From: Candidatus Woesebacteria bacterium UBA5941 | GTDB lineage: Bacteria; Patescibacteriota; Microgenomatia; UBA8517 | Assembly: GCA_002430735.1 (NCBI GenBank) | Contig: DJCV01000011.1 | Location: 19,612-83,611 of the forward strand | Reading direction: 5' to 3' | Length of the DNA stretch: 64,000 nucleotides | In this document: positions 27,815 to 37,038 of the stretch, piece by piece | Numbering within the stretch: the stretch's first letter is position 1 | Layout of the letters: each line of letters opens with the position of its first letter | Notes under the pieces: model-generated | The model's input: only the letters and a program-made list of their open reading frames with translations | What the model was told of the DNA's origin: nothing | The model's database searches: none | Made by a program: the position numbers and the translations under genes

Positions 27815-28423
27815 TTACCGACCGTCTCTTTTTGGTGCGTTATCTAAACTTTTCCACAAGTATCGAGAAGCATACGTTCGATACGGACTCCATTTCTCAA
27901 CAATTAATTGCATGGATGCAATGTCATCACGATCAATGCCATAGAGCTTTGCAATAGCACTTCTAAGTCCCAAGTCTCCATAAGAGAATACATCCTCTCT
28001 CCCTAAGCTAAACATCAGAATCATTTCAGCGGTCCATGGTCCGATTCCCTTCACTTTTGTAAGGGTGTCGATCACCTCTTTATCAGAAAGTGTTGGTAAC
28101 AATTCGAGATCTACTTCACGATCTGTAATCATTTGTGCGAGTCCTTTTATATATTTCACTTTTGAGTATGAAACACCCACTCCACGAATTTCCTCATCAG
28201 TTAATTGCAATACATGTTTTGGAGTAATTTTTTTCCTACCAAAAAGTAGCTTAAAACGATTCCAAATAGTGTCTGCTGCTTTCGTCGAGAGCTGTTGACC
28301 AACAATACTGCTCACAATATCTGAAAAAAGATCTGTTGTTGGGATGGGTGCTGGGAGTACATCGTAATCGTTCATTACTGCTGCCAGGATTTTGTCCTTT
28401 TGTAAATGTGAACGATAGTTCAT
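27815..28423 (-). CDS. HhH-GPD DNA glycosylase (AlkA-like 3-methyladenine DNA glycosylase II)
   Basis: Helix-hairpin-helix VKGIGPWTAEMIL, followed by a catalytic Asp region. Confidence 0.75.
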   Translation of the reverse strand: MNYRSHLQKDKILAAVMNDYDVLPAPIPTTDLFSDIVSSIVGQQLSTKAADTIWNRFKLLFGRKKITPKHVLQLTDEEIRGVGVSYSKVKYIKGLAQMITDREVDLELLPTLSDKEVIDTLTKVKGIGPWTAEMILMFSLGREDVFSYGDLGLRSAIAKLYGIDRDDIASMQLIVEKWSPYRTYASRYLWKSLDNAPKRDGR

Positions 28424-28839
28424 TTAGAGAGAAGATGTGGAACAATTGAAACTACGAGTGCGGTTACCGTTCCACAAAGAACAGCACCCCAGATAATGTC
28501 TATAAACGCAATTTTGACGCTCCAATTATTGAGCGTAGCAAGGTTCGTTAAATCATAGACCGCATATGTTAATGCTCCAAAGAGAGCACCCCAAAGAAAT
28601 GCTTCAGTCATAGGCTTGCCCATCACTTTCGGAATGACAAATAAACAAAGCGCAAGAGGTATCACTATATATACTAAAATGGCTGGCGCCCACAGTGGCG
28701 ATAACGTTCCCTGCGCATTCTTTCTCATCAAATGCCCAATTTCCTGCAGATATAATTTATTTGCAATAAATCCGAGCCAAACCCCATCAATGATGAGAGT
28801 AATAATGGTTGTTACAGCAAAAACTACAATGCCATTCAT
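28420..28839 (-). CDS. hypothetical polytopic membrane protein (DUF2177-like)
   Basis: Four TM helices. Confidence 0.4.
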   Translation of the reverse strand: MNGIVVFAVTTIITLIIDGVWLGFIANKLYLQEIGHLMRKNAQGTLSPLWAPAILVYIVIPLALCLFVIPKVMGKPMTEAFLWGALFGALTYAVYDLTNLATLNNWSVKIAFIDIIWGAVLCGTVTALVVSIVPHLLSK

Positions 28840-28934
28840 ACTGCATTATACCAACTATTTCATTGCTTTTTTGAATATTTATTTATCCCGTACACACGAC
28901 ACTTATAGTTCACTCCAGACTCACTATTACACAC

Positions 28935-28963
28935 TTGAATTTGTTGTAAATTCCTTTTACATT
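28935..28963 (+). promoter_or_regulatory. candidate sigma70-like promoter TTGAAT-17-TACATT
   Basis: ttgaat at 28935-28940, a 17-nt spacer, and tacatt at 28958-28963. It lies upstream of the SD gaggtg and the ATG at 28988. Confidence 0.35.
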
Positions 28964-28987
28964 TAATAAAGAAATGAGGTGAGTTGA

Positions 28988-29113
28988 ATGCCTGCCAAAA
29001 AACGAAAACCAGCTACTAAGAAAAAGGTTGTTAAAAAAGCCGTTAAAAAGGTGAACAAACGAACGGTCAAAAGAACCACCAAGAAAAAAGCTACTAAGAA
29101 AAAGAAAAAGTAA
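28988..29113 (+). CDS. 41-aa lysine-rich highly basic protein (histone H1/Hc1-like tail composition), absent from the ORF track
   Basis: atg at 28988 to taa at 29111 translates to MPAKKRKPATKKKVVKKAVKKVNKRTVKRTTKKKATKKKKK. SD gaggtg lies 11 nt upstream, a candidate promoter upstream of that, and a strong terminator immediately downstream. Confidence 0.55.
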   Translation: MPAKKRKPATKKKVVKKAVKKVNKRTVKRTTKKKATKKKKK

Positions 29114-29131
29114 TGGTTTTTTATAAAGAAA

Positions 29132-29160
29132 GAGAGCGCTGTACGTAAGCGCTCTTTTTC
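29132..29160 (+). terminator. rho-independent terminator (possibly bidirectional)
   Basis: 8-bp stem gagagcgc (29132-29139) / gcgctctt (29149-29156) with a 9-nt loop, followed by ttttt. Confidence 0.65.
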
Positions 29161-29195
29161 GTGTGCGTTATATATGAAGAATGAAAATTACCTAC

Positions 29196-30128
29196 TTATC
29201 CTCGCTTTTGAAAGCGTTTGTTTAGCAAGTAGAGAATGAGAAGAACTGGCACCCAAACCACTGCATAAACTGCAAACCAAATACCCATGCTGCCTAGAGC
29301 TCTCAAATGGGTAATCAACGATCTTATTGCAAGCTTAAAGATAACCTGTGGCCTAAAAGTCTCACTCGGTGCATACGGAAGTGCAATTTCATCTGTTGAT
29401 AAATAAATCGTAATTTTTGCAAGCTTTGCATTTTCTTCTAGTGATTGTTGCCTTCCTTTTAATGCATCAATTTGAGACTGAATACTAATTAGCTCTCTCG
29501 TTATATTTGTAAGGTCCGAAATAACTGTTGCTTGAGAGAGAATATCTTCCATTGCAGCCTTTGTCTTTTCCAACGTCTCGATACGTGCTTCAACATCTAC
29601 ATACTGATCAGTTACATCTGTTCCCACCAAGTTCTCAGAGACAACTTTAATACTCCAACCGCGCAAAGTGTCGAGTGTTGATTCCAATTTATCACTGGGA
29701 ATACGAATAGTAATGGTACCCGTTGGAGCATCCTGAGGATTATTTGTCTCTGCATTCACCATATATCCACCATTGGCGACAGCGTGATCAATAACCTTTT
29801 TTCGTGTTTCAACCACATTTTCTACGAGCAAAGAAAGGTAGCTGTTCTGGATCACTAACCGATCGGTTATTTGTGGGGTTGGTGCATAGCTATCTGGAGC
29901 AGGGAAACCGATCGAGCCAACTGCTGAGGCTTTCATATCCATATCAGTCGTACCGTATGGCATAGATTCGACAGTCATTGAAGGGCTCACCTGTCTATTC
30001 AAAGTAGCACTTTGCATTGGCATAATAGTTACACCTAAAAAGTAGCGAACTAGGAAATATGCAACAAACAGAAGTAGTACGGTACTTAATTTATGAGTTT
30101 TGATCCAATCAAGTAAACGAGTGACCAC
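29196..30128 (-). CDS. DUF4349-like membrane-anchored protein
   Basis: N-terminal TM helix, a central coiled-coil, and a C-terminal TM helix. This arrangement is typical of DUF4349. Confidence 0.55.
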   Translation of the reverse strand: MVTRLLDWIKTHKLSTVLLLFVAYFLVRYFLGVTIMPMQSATLNRQVSPSMTVESMPYGTTDMDMKASAVGSIGFPAPDSYAPTPQITDRLVIQNSYLSLLVENVVETRKKVIDHAVANGGYMVNAETNNPQDAPTGTITIRIPSDKLESTLDTLRGWSIKVVSENLVGTDVTDQYVDVEARIETLEKTKAAMEDILSQATVISDLTNITRELISIQSQIDALKGRQQSLEENAKLAKITIYLSTDEIALPYAPSETFRPQVIFKLAIRSLITHLRALGSMGIWFAVYAVVWVPVLLILYLLNKRFQKRG

Positions 30129-30181
30129 ATTTCAAGCATAATGATCTGAGAAATAGATGTCAACGGAGGAGCTCGATCACA

Positions 30182-32887
30182 CTAGCGAGGTAACTGTGGA
30201 AAATGACATTTTTTCCACTTTTTTCCACTTCCACACCAGCACGGATCATTTCGTCCCATCTTGTTCTTTTTTTCACCAGGCCCTGTTTTCCCAACAGTAT
30301 TAAGTCTTCTTGTTGCATCATCAATCAATCCCATGCTATCGGAAGTGTCAATATTTGTTACAGCGCTTGCAATCGGTATCTCCTGAGGAGCTTGCGCAAT
30401 TCCTACCCTGAATATTCGTAATGCCAGTTCACGATCAATCCGTTCAACCAAGGCTTCAAATAACTCAAAGGCTTCATTTTTAAATTCGACCAGCGGATCT
30501 CTTTGCCCTACGCCTCTCAGTCTCACGGCATCTCGCAATCCGTCAATGTGATCAATATGCTCAATCCAATGTCTATCAAGAGCTCCTAAATATGCGAACC
30601 GTTCAATCTCACGCATTGCAGGTTCTCCAATTTGTTTTTCCCGAGAGTCGTATGCTTGTGTAATAACACCTTTCATAAATTCAGAAAGTTTTTCTTTATC
30701 CTTCATGCCCTCCATTTGCTTCTTAATCTCATGTCGAGAATGATCGTCAAAAGGCACAATTTCAGAAAGTTCGACAGACATCTTTTCGTAATCAGGAGCC
30801 TCATCAAATTCCGGCCAAGTGAGAATCATAATACGATCAACCTGCTCATGTAACTTTCTTATGATTTCTTCCTTCAGGTTTTCAGCACTCAGTAATCGCT
30901 TTCGTAAGGAATAAATGATTTCCCGTTCTTGATTTGCAACGTCATCGTATTCAACTGTCTGTTTTCTTGCATCAAAGTGGAACCCTTCTACCTTTACCTG
31001 TGCTTGTTCAATTGCCTTTGAGATTAACCCGTTTTCAATAGGCTGATCTTCAGGAAGTTTTAATCGATCCATTAAATTCTTGATTTGCTCTCCACCGAAG
31101 ATTCGCATCAAATCGTCCTCGAGAGATAAATAGAACTTTGTTGAGCCAGGGTCACCTTGTCGTCCACTTCGTCCACGAAGCTGATTATCAATACGACGAC
31201 TTTCGTGTCGTTCTGTTCCAATAACATGGAGTCCTCCTGATGCGACCACTGCGTGATGTGCCTTCTCCCATTCCACATATGCTTTCGATTTTTTCCACTT
31301 TTCCATATCCATTTCTTCTTTCTTTTCTGGCTGTGATCCACCGAGGATGATATCGACTCCACGTCCGGCCATGTTCGTTGCAACGGTAACCGCTCCTGGT
31401 TTTCCAGCATCTGCTAATATGAGTGCCTCTTGCTCGTGATTTTTAGCATTCAACACGTTGTGAGGAATTTTCTTGTGTTTTAAATACTCACTAATAATTT
31501 CATTCTTTTCAATTGAAGTGGTACCAACCAAAACGGGTTGTCCTTTTTTGTGGCGTTGAATGATTTCATCACCAACTGCAGTGTATTTTGCTCGCACTGT
31601 TTTATAAATCGCGTCGCCTTCGTCTTTTCTCACATTGTTTCTATGCGTTGGGATAACAACGACATTTAATTTATAAATCTTTTTAAACTCAGCTGCCTCG
31701 GTTGCTGCAGTACCTGTCATACCAGCCAAGTGATCATACATTCGGAAATAATTTTGGAATGAAATGGTTGCCAGTGTTTTACTTTCCTGTTGAATTGGCA
31801 CTCCTTCTTTTGCTTCAACTGATTGGTGAATACCGTCGCTCCATCGTCTTCCTGGCATTAGCCGTCCGGTAAACTCATCGACGATAACAACCTGATTATC
31901 CTTGACCACATACTCGCGATCACGAAGATAAAGTGTCTTTGCACGGAGAGCGTTTTCAATGTGGTGAATCGTCTCAAAATCTTTTTCGTATAGATTTGTC
32001 ACTTTCAGCAGTTTTTCAACTTTGGCGATACCATGTTCGGTGAGTGTTGCACTTCTCATCTTTTCATCAATCACATAATCAGTTTCGTCTGATAATTTTT
32101 CGATTAATTTTGCGAATGTGTAGTATTTATCGGTTGGCTCACTGTCAGGAGCTGAAATAATAAGTGGAGTACGTGCTTCATCAATTAACACTGAATCAAC
32201 TTCGTCAACAATTGCAAAGTAATGTCCGCGCTGGGACATATCTGAAACCGCAGACACCATGTTGTCTCTCAAGTAGTCGAATCCGTATTCGTTGTTTGTC
32301 CCATATGTCACATCAGCCGCATATGCTTCTTTTCGTGAAACTGGTTTTAAGTGGGCTAACCGCTCGTCGCCATGACTGGTATCGTTGTGATGTGGGTCAA
32401 AAATATAACTTCGTTGTTCTTGAGAAATAACTCCCACGCTCATACCCAAGAGCGCAAATGTTGGTGCATTCCACCCGGCGTCACGACGAGCAAGGTAATC
32501 GTTGACGGTTACTAAATGAACTCCCCGACCAGTGAGCGCACGTAAATATAATGCAGGGACAGCTGAGAGTGTTTTTCCTTCTCCTGTTTTCTGCTCGGCA
32601 ACGTTGCCGCTGAACAGTGCTGCAGCAGCCATTAATTGAACGTCATAATGTTTTAATCCAATTGCGCGGAAGCTCGCATAACGTACGAGAGAAAATGCTT
32701 CTGGCATAATGTCTTCAAGCTTTTCGCCTTTTGCGAGACGTGCTTTTAATTTTGCCGTTTCTTTGGGGAAATCACTGAGTTTCAACTTCTCATGTGCTTT
32801 GTCAAAGGAGTTAACCCGAGCAACAATTGCTTCGAGTCGTTTCACTTCGCGAACATTGGTATCCAAAATACGAGAGAGGAACTTCAT
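30182..32887 (-). CDS. secA: preprotein translocase ATPase SecA
   Basis: DEAD-like motor motifs and the C-terminal zinc finger CWCGSGKKWKKCH. Confidence 0.95.
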   Translation of the reverse strand: MKFLSRILDTNVREVKRLEAIVARVNSFDKAHEKLKLSDFPKETAKLKARLAKGEKLEDIMPEAFSLVRYASFRAIGLKHYDVQLMAAAALFSGNVAEQKTGEGKTLSAVPALYLRALTGRGVHLVTVNDYLARRDAGWNAPTFALLGMSVGVISQEQRSYIFDPHHNDTSHGDERLAHLKPVSRKEAYAADVTYGTNNEYGFDYLRDNMVSAVSDMSQRGHYFAIVDEVDSVLIDEARTPLIISAPDSEPTDKYYTFAKLIEKLSDETDYVIDEKMRSATLTEHGIAKVEKLLKVTNLYEKDFETIHHIENALRAKTLYLRDREYVVKDNQVVIVDEFTGRLMPGRRWSDGIHQSVEAKEGVPIQQESKTLATISFQNYFRMYDHLAGMTGTAATEAAEFKKIYKLNVVVIPTHRNNVRKDEGDAIYKTVRAKYTAVGDEIIQRHKKGQPVLVGTTSIEKNEIISEYLKHKKIPHNVLNAKNHEQEALILADAGKPGAVTVATNMAGRGVDIILGGSQPEKKEEMDMEKWKKSKAYVEWEKAHHAVVASGGLHVIGTERHESRRIDNQLRGRSGRQGDPGSTKFYLSLEDDLMRIFGGEQIKNLMDRLKLPEDQPIENGLISKAIEQAQVKVEGFHFDARKQTVEYDDVANQEREIIYSLRKRLLSAENLKEEIIRKLHEQVDRIMILTWPEFDEAPDYEKMSVELSEIVPFDDHSRHEIKKQMEGMKDKEKLSEFMKGVITQAYDSREKQIGEPAMREIERFAYLGALDRHWIEHIDHIDGLRDAVRLRGVGQRDPLVEFKNEAFELFEALVERIDRELALRIFRVGIAQAPQEIPIASAVTNIDTSDSMGLIDDATRRLNTVGKTGPGEKKNKMGRNDPCWCGSGKKWKKCHFPQLPR

Positions 32888-32945
32888 ACGCTAGTAAGCA
32901 TTTTAGCAGACAGAGTGCTAAATGTGGAGTATAGCTTAACCTGCA

Positions 32946-33518
32946 CTACATGATTTGTCGAGTAATGAGATCAGAAAATGCAACGACCATAAAAATACTA
33001 ATTACATCGAGCAAAAAGACAGTGACCGCAAATCGAACTGTCTTTATTTTCGATACCCCCATTAATGAAACCCCAAGCTCATCAGGAAGTGGTGAGGCAA
33101 TGATGAAAGCTCCTAATACAGGAACCACCCAGGAAAAGGCTTTGAGTCTCAATACTTTTGAAATATGTCTCCCTCCAAACCGACGATAGATATCAAACAA
33201 CTCACCACTCAAATTGTCGCGAACAAAGCGAAAGATCAGATAATCACTCATAAGCGACCCTAAACTTGCCACGATGACCACAAGGAAAATGTTATAGCTG
33301 GGAGCAAGAAGTAATAGTGTTAAGAGTCCTGCTGAAAACGTGAATGCTGAAACATATAATGCTCCACCAATAAATATTCCAACCAGACCCATTACACTCA
33401 AGAAATCGGTTAGTTTTGGGAGGAGTGGAGAGAGTGAAAACAAAGTAACAGCAAGAAAGCATATGTAAGCGATCAATAAGTGCGTATATCGAAACCTACG
33501 CTTTCTTCTTTTGGGCAT
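32946..33518 (-). CDS. hypothetical polytopic membrane protein
   Basis: Basic N-terminus MPKRRKRRFRY followed by 4-5 TM helices. Confidence 0.45.
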   Translation of the reverse strand: MPKRRKRRFRYTHLLIAYICFLAVTLFSLSPLLPKLTDFLSVMGLVGIFIGGALYVSAFTFSAGLLTLLLLAPSYNIFLVVIVASLGSLMSDYLIFRFVRDNLSGELFDIYRRFGGRHISKVLRLKAFSWVVPVLGAFIIASPLPDELGVSLMGVSKIKTVRFAVTVFLLDVISIFMVVAFSDLITRQIM

Positions 33519-33544
33519 ACACTTACTATACTAAAAAAAGAGCG

Positions 33545-33564
33545 GGAGGTGCATGCACCTCCCT
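33545..33564 (-). terminator. perfect 20-nt palindrome GGGAGGTGCATGCACCTCCC followed by a U-run on the minus strand
   Basis: On the minus strand the hairpin is followed by gctcttttttt, directly downstream of the gene ending at 33575. Confidence 0.55.
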
Positions 33565-33574
33565 GTTGGCAGTG

Positions 33575-33925
33575 CTATGGTCGAGCTGTTGCCTGTTGCA
33601 GGTACATAGTTTCAAGGCTTGTCAGTGTTTCGTCGAGAGTTTCAATATCGGTGTCTATAATTTTCAGTGTCACTGGGTATTCCTTAATGCCACTTTGCAG
33701 AATCCTACTCAACGACAATTCTACATCGCGCAGCTTGCCAAAAATCAAAAAGGTGGTTTCATGCAGATCGTGGTTTACAACCTTGCGGTCTGCACCAATC
33801 CCTTCTTTGCTAGCATCTGCAAGCGAGCCAGCACGTATCCAGAGTGCTGCGACTTGATCACTTAACGACCAACTCGTATTTAGGTTATCCATCATACCCT
33901 CCAGATTATTTTTCTGATGGTGCAT
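33575..33925 (-). CDS. hypothetical protein
   Basis: 116-aa ORF followed by a terminator. I recognise no family. Alternative start at MMDNLN. Confidence 0.4.
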   Translation of the reverse strand: MHHQKNNLEGMMDNLNTSWSLSDQVAALWIRAGSLADASKEGIGADRKVVNHDLHETTFLIFGKLRDVELSLSRILQSGIKEYPVTLKIIDTDIETLDETLTSLETMYLQQATARP

Positions 33926-34021
33926 TTTATCATTTCCTCCACCTCAAGTCGAGCGTGGCCACCTCGAGAAACAAGAACTGCTTCATTTTTTTAATAAACG
34001 GAGTTATGATATGAACTACAG

Positions 34022-34501
34022 ATGGCAACACGACATAAAAAAGTAGAAACAGAACCTCGATCAACTATTTTGTATCGTTCAGAAACAAATAAAGTGTTTG
34101 GCGGAGTATGTGGCGGGTTAGGCGAAGTATTTCAACTCGACCCGACTCTCATCAGAGCTTTATTTGCAGTTGCATTTTTGTTTGGTGGAACAGGACTCCT
34201 CTTTTATCTAATTCTCTGGATTGTAATCCCTTCTGAATCAAAACTCTCTCAATCTTCTGATGTAAATATTAGGGAAAATTTTGACGAGATGAAAGAGAGA
34301 GCACAAAGTTTTACTAAAGACCTGGGTGGCACAAATGACAATTCTCGCAATACCCTTGGAATACTGCTCGTCTTACTCGGGATATTTTTCTTAATGGGGA
34401 ACTTCGGATTCTCTCACTTATTCAATTTCCAGAGAACGTGGCCTGTTTTATTTATTGTTGTTGGTTTTGTGTTCCTCACTCAAAAGAGAAATCGGAAGTA
34501 A
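34022..34501 (+). CDS. PspC-domain membrane protein
   Basis: VFGGVCGGLGEVFQLDPTLIRALFAVAFLFGGTGLLFYLILWIVIP is the PspC domain signature. Confidence 0.7.
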   Translation: MATRHKKVETEPRSTILYRSETNKVFGGVCGGLGEVFQLDPTLIRALFAVAFLFGGTGLLFYLILWIVIPSESKLSQSSDVNIRENFDEMKERAQSFTKDLGGTNDNSRNTLGILLVLLGIFFLMGNFGFSHLFNFQRTWPVLFIVVGFVFLTQKRNRK

Positions 34502-35146
34502 AGAACAAAGGTACACAACGTTCGCCTCAGGAAACACTTCAACAACGTGAGGAAATACTGTTTTTAATCTCTTAAAATATGCTTCCGCAATTTTTCGATT
34601 TGGTCCATCGTATAGTCGGTTAATTAATACCATTCCGTTTTTAGACACGGCTTTTTTTAGATTTTTTATAAAGGCATCACTATTAAATTTCTGTGGAAAC
34701 TCTTCACCAACATAGGTGTCCACACAAATTAAGTCATATTTTGTGGTTGGGGTTTTTTCGATAAACGCATAAGCATCACCAATCACTTCGTGAACTCGCA
34801 GTTTATTTAATCCTAAATACTGCTTTCCTAACTCTACAATCACTGGATCAATATCAACACCCGTAATGTGAGATGTTTTCCAATGCTTCCTAATAATACG
34901 GGCAGCAGTCCCACCACCTAACCCTAATATCAGGACGCGTCCAAATTGAAGATCAGCCTTTTGTAATTTAGACAAGCTTTCTTTCCACACAGTCTCAACA
35001 GGGCCACCAACCTGCCACAATCCTCCACCCATTATTTGATATCCGGCATAGGTGTCCCACTTCACTTCAAGTGTTCCGTTAATCGGTGACTCTATTGTTT
35101 TCAGAGTTACTGACCCTTCTCGTAAAAATTCAACTATTTTGTTCAT
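34448..35146 (-). CDS. spermidine synthase-like class I SAM-dependent methyltransferase
   Basis: LILGLGGGTAARI glycine-rich SAM loop, GVDIDPVIVELGKQY, and DLICVDTY (SpeE-like). Confidence 0.55.
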   Translation of the reverse strand: MNKIVEFLREGSVTLKTIESPINGTLEVKWDTYAGYQIMGGGLWQVGGPVETVWKESLSKLQKADLQFGRVLILGLGGGTAARIIRKHWKTSHITGVDIDPVIVELGKQYLGLNKLRVHEVIGDAYAFIEKTPTTKYDLICVDTYVGEEFPQKFNSDAFIKNLKKAVSKNGMVLINRLYDGPNRKIAEAYFKRLKTVFPHVVEVFPEANVVYLCSLLPISLLSEEHKTNNNK

Positions 35147-35162
35147 AAGATGAAAGATTGTA

Positions 35163-36980
35163 TCACTTGTACCCTTTTGCTTGGAGGTCAAATAGATCTT
35201 TATACTTACCTTTTTTCTGGAGGAGCGCTTTATGTGTTCCATACTCAAGAACTTTTCCATTAGCCATAAGCAAGATTTGATCGGCGATGCGCACTGTTGA
35301 AAAACGTTGTGTTACGAAAATCAGGATTTTTTGTGTAGCCAGTCGCTTTAACTCTTTAAAGATTTGCTCCTCAGCTTCAGGATCAACGCTACTGGTCGGT
35401 TCATCCATAACAATAACCTCAGCATGTTTTCGAAATAGCATTCGTGAAATACCGATGCGTTGCCATTGCCCTATTGAAGGCCTGGTTCCATGTTTAAATT
35501 CGGGAGACAATGGCGTTTCATATTTCATTGGAAGTTTCTCGATATAGCTATTTATGCCGGTTCGTTTCGCTGCGTTTTCAATTTCCTCAATATTTTCAAT
35601 GCTCTCAATATCGCCATATCCAATTGATTCATGAGCGGAGAACGGATATGTCTCAAACTCCTGAAATAAAATTGCCAACCGCGCTCGCCATTGTGAAGCT
35701 GAATACTCCTTTAGGTTAGTTCCATTTATGTAGATGTCGCCTTTATCAGGATCATAGAAACGTGCGAGTAACTTTAACAAAGTAGACTTTCCTGATCCAT
35801 TAGTTCCGACAATTGCTAAATGCTCATTTTGTTTGATCAATAAACTAATCCCACGCAAGGTATATCGTTGTCCTTTTTTGTAGCGGAACCAAACATCCTT
35901 AAACTCTATTGTTTCAACGACATCTGGAGGTGCGAGACCTTCGTCGAGTTTTATAGTCGGCTCAAGTTTTAAGAGCCACACTAAGTCCGACACATACATA
36001 TAGTTTTCATAAATGCTAATAAGGGAGCTCGCCAAGCCTTGGAACTCACCTTCTACCCGTCTTAATGCTTGGTAATACAATTGAAAAGACCCAACACTCA
36101 AGGATTTTGTAAGCACTAAGAATGCCATCCAGATGGTGAGCCCCGCATCAAAAATATCCAGTGGAATAAAACTCGCGACTGTAGCCTTCTCCCAATCCCA
36201 ATCAAACTGTGCCCGTTTGTCTAAAATCTTTCGCGCATTCGTTTCGTACTTACCAGACAAATGAGGAATTAAGTTTAATAACTTTAATTCCATATAACTT
36301 CTATTTCGCAGCAAGTAATAGTTCAACCAACCTTGCGTTTTCTGAAGCGGAGCAAGCTCTGTTGAAAGGTTGTATTGTTTCTTAATTAGCCGAGAGTTTA
36401 CGAATATTCGAGGAAATGAAGAGAGCACAACTCCCAGTGCGACTAATGGACTTAAGGTGACCAAAATTGCAACTGCTGAGATTAACGAGACAACGCTTCC
36501 GGGTATATCTGCGAGTGGACCAATTAATTGATATGCTCTCCCTGACTCTTCATCAATTTTTGTGTATCGATCTTTAAAACTAGGGCTCTCAATTGTCTTC
36601 AAATCGAGTTCAGATAGCTTCCGCGACACCAGTAGATGAAGTTTAGAATTAAACCCGCGTACTAAAATCGCCTGCATAAATCGACTTGCACGGTTGATCA
36701 GAATTTGAATAAAGCTTAAGGTAACAGAACCAGCAATTAAGAGTGTTAGAAGCTGCATTACTTGAGGAAACGTGTCTGAAGTTGCTCCTTGAATCAAGGT
36801 ATCGATGATAATCTTTTGGAGTAAAAGTGTCGGGGTTACGAGCAGTCCAGATAAAATGTTAATAGCAAATACTGCCACAAGAAATTTTGGCTGAATCTGA
36901 AATGCTAATTTTGCAATCTCTCGAAATGTGAAGATGAACTGACGGACGCGGCCTGCCGACTTTCGAGATAATTCACGCAT
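35163..36980 (-). CDS. ABC exporter, fused permease and ATPase (MsbA/LmrA-like)
   Basis: Six-TM N-terminal domain. Walker A GTNGSGKSTLLK, signature SIGQWQRIGISR, and Walker B IVMDEPTS. Confidence 0.85.
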   Translation of the reverse strand: MRELSRKSAGRVRQFIFTFREIAKLAFQIQPKFLVAVFAINILSGLLVTPTLLLQKIIIDTLIQGATSDTFPQVMQLLTLLIAGSVTLSFIQILINRASRFMQAILVRGFNSKLHLLVSRKLSELDLKTIESPSFKDRYTKIDEESGRAYQLIGPLADIPGSVVSLISAVAILVTLSPLVALGVVLSSFPRIFVNSRLIKKQYNLSTELAPLQKTQGWLNYYLLRNRSYMELKLLNLIPHLSGKYETNARKILDKRAQFDWDWEKATVASFIPLDIFDAGLTIWMAFLVLTKSLSVGSFQLYYQALRRVEGEFQGLASSLISIYENYMYVSDLVWLLKLEPTIKLDEGLAPPDVVETIEFKDVWFRYKKGQRYTLRGISLLIKQNEHLAIVGTNGSGKSTLLKLLARFYDPDKGDIYINGTNLKEYSASQWRARLAILFQEFETYPFSAHESIGYGDIESIENIEEIENAAKRTGINSYIEKLPMKYETPLSPEFKHGTRPSIGQWQRIGISRMLFRKHAEVIVMDEPTSSVDPEAEEQIFKELKRLATQKILIFVTQRFSTVRIADQILLMANGKVLEYGTHKALLQKKGKYKDLFDLQAKGYK

Positions 36981-37038
36981 GATTCATTCTATCAAAATTC
37001 ACATTCGGTTTTTGTTTGGTTTGTGATATATTTATGAT

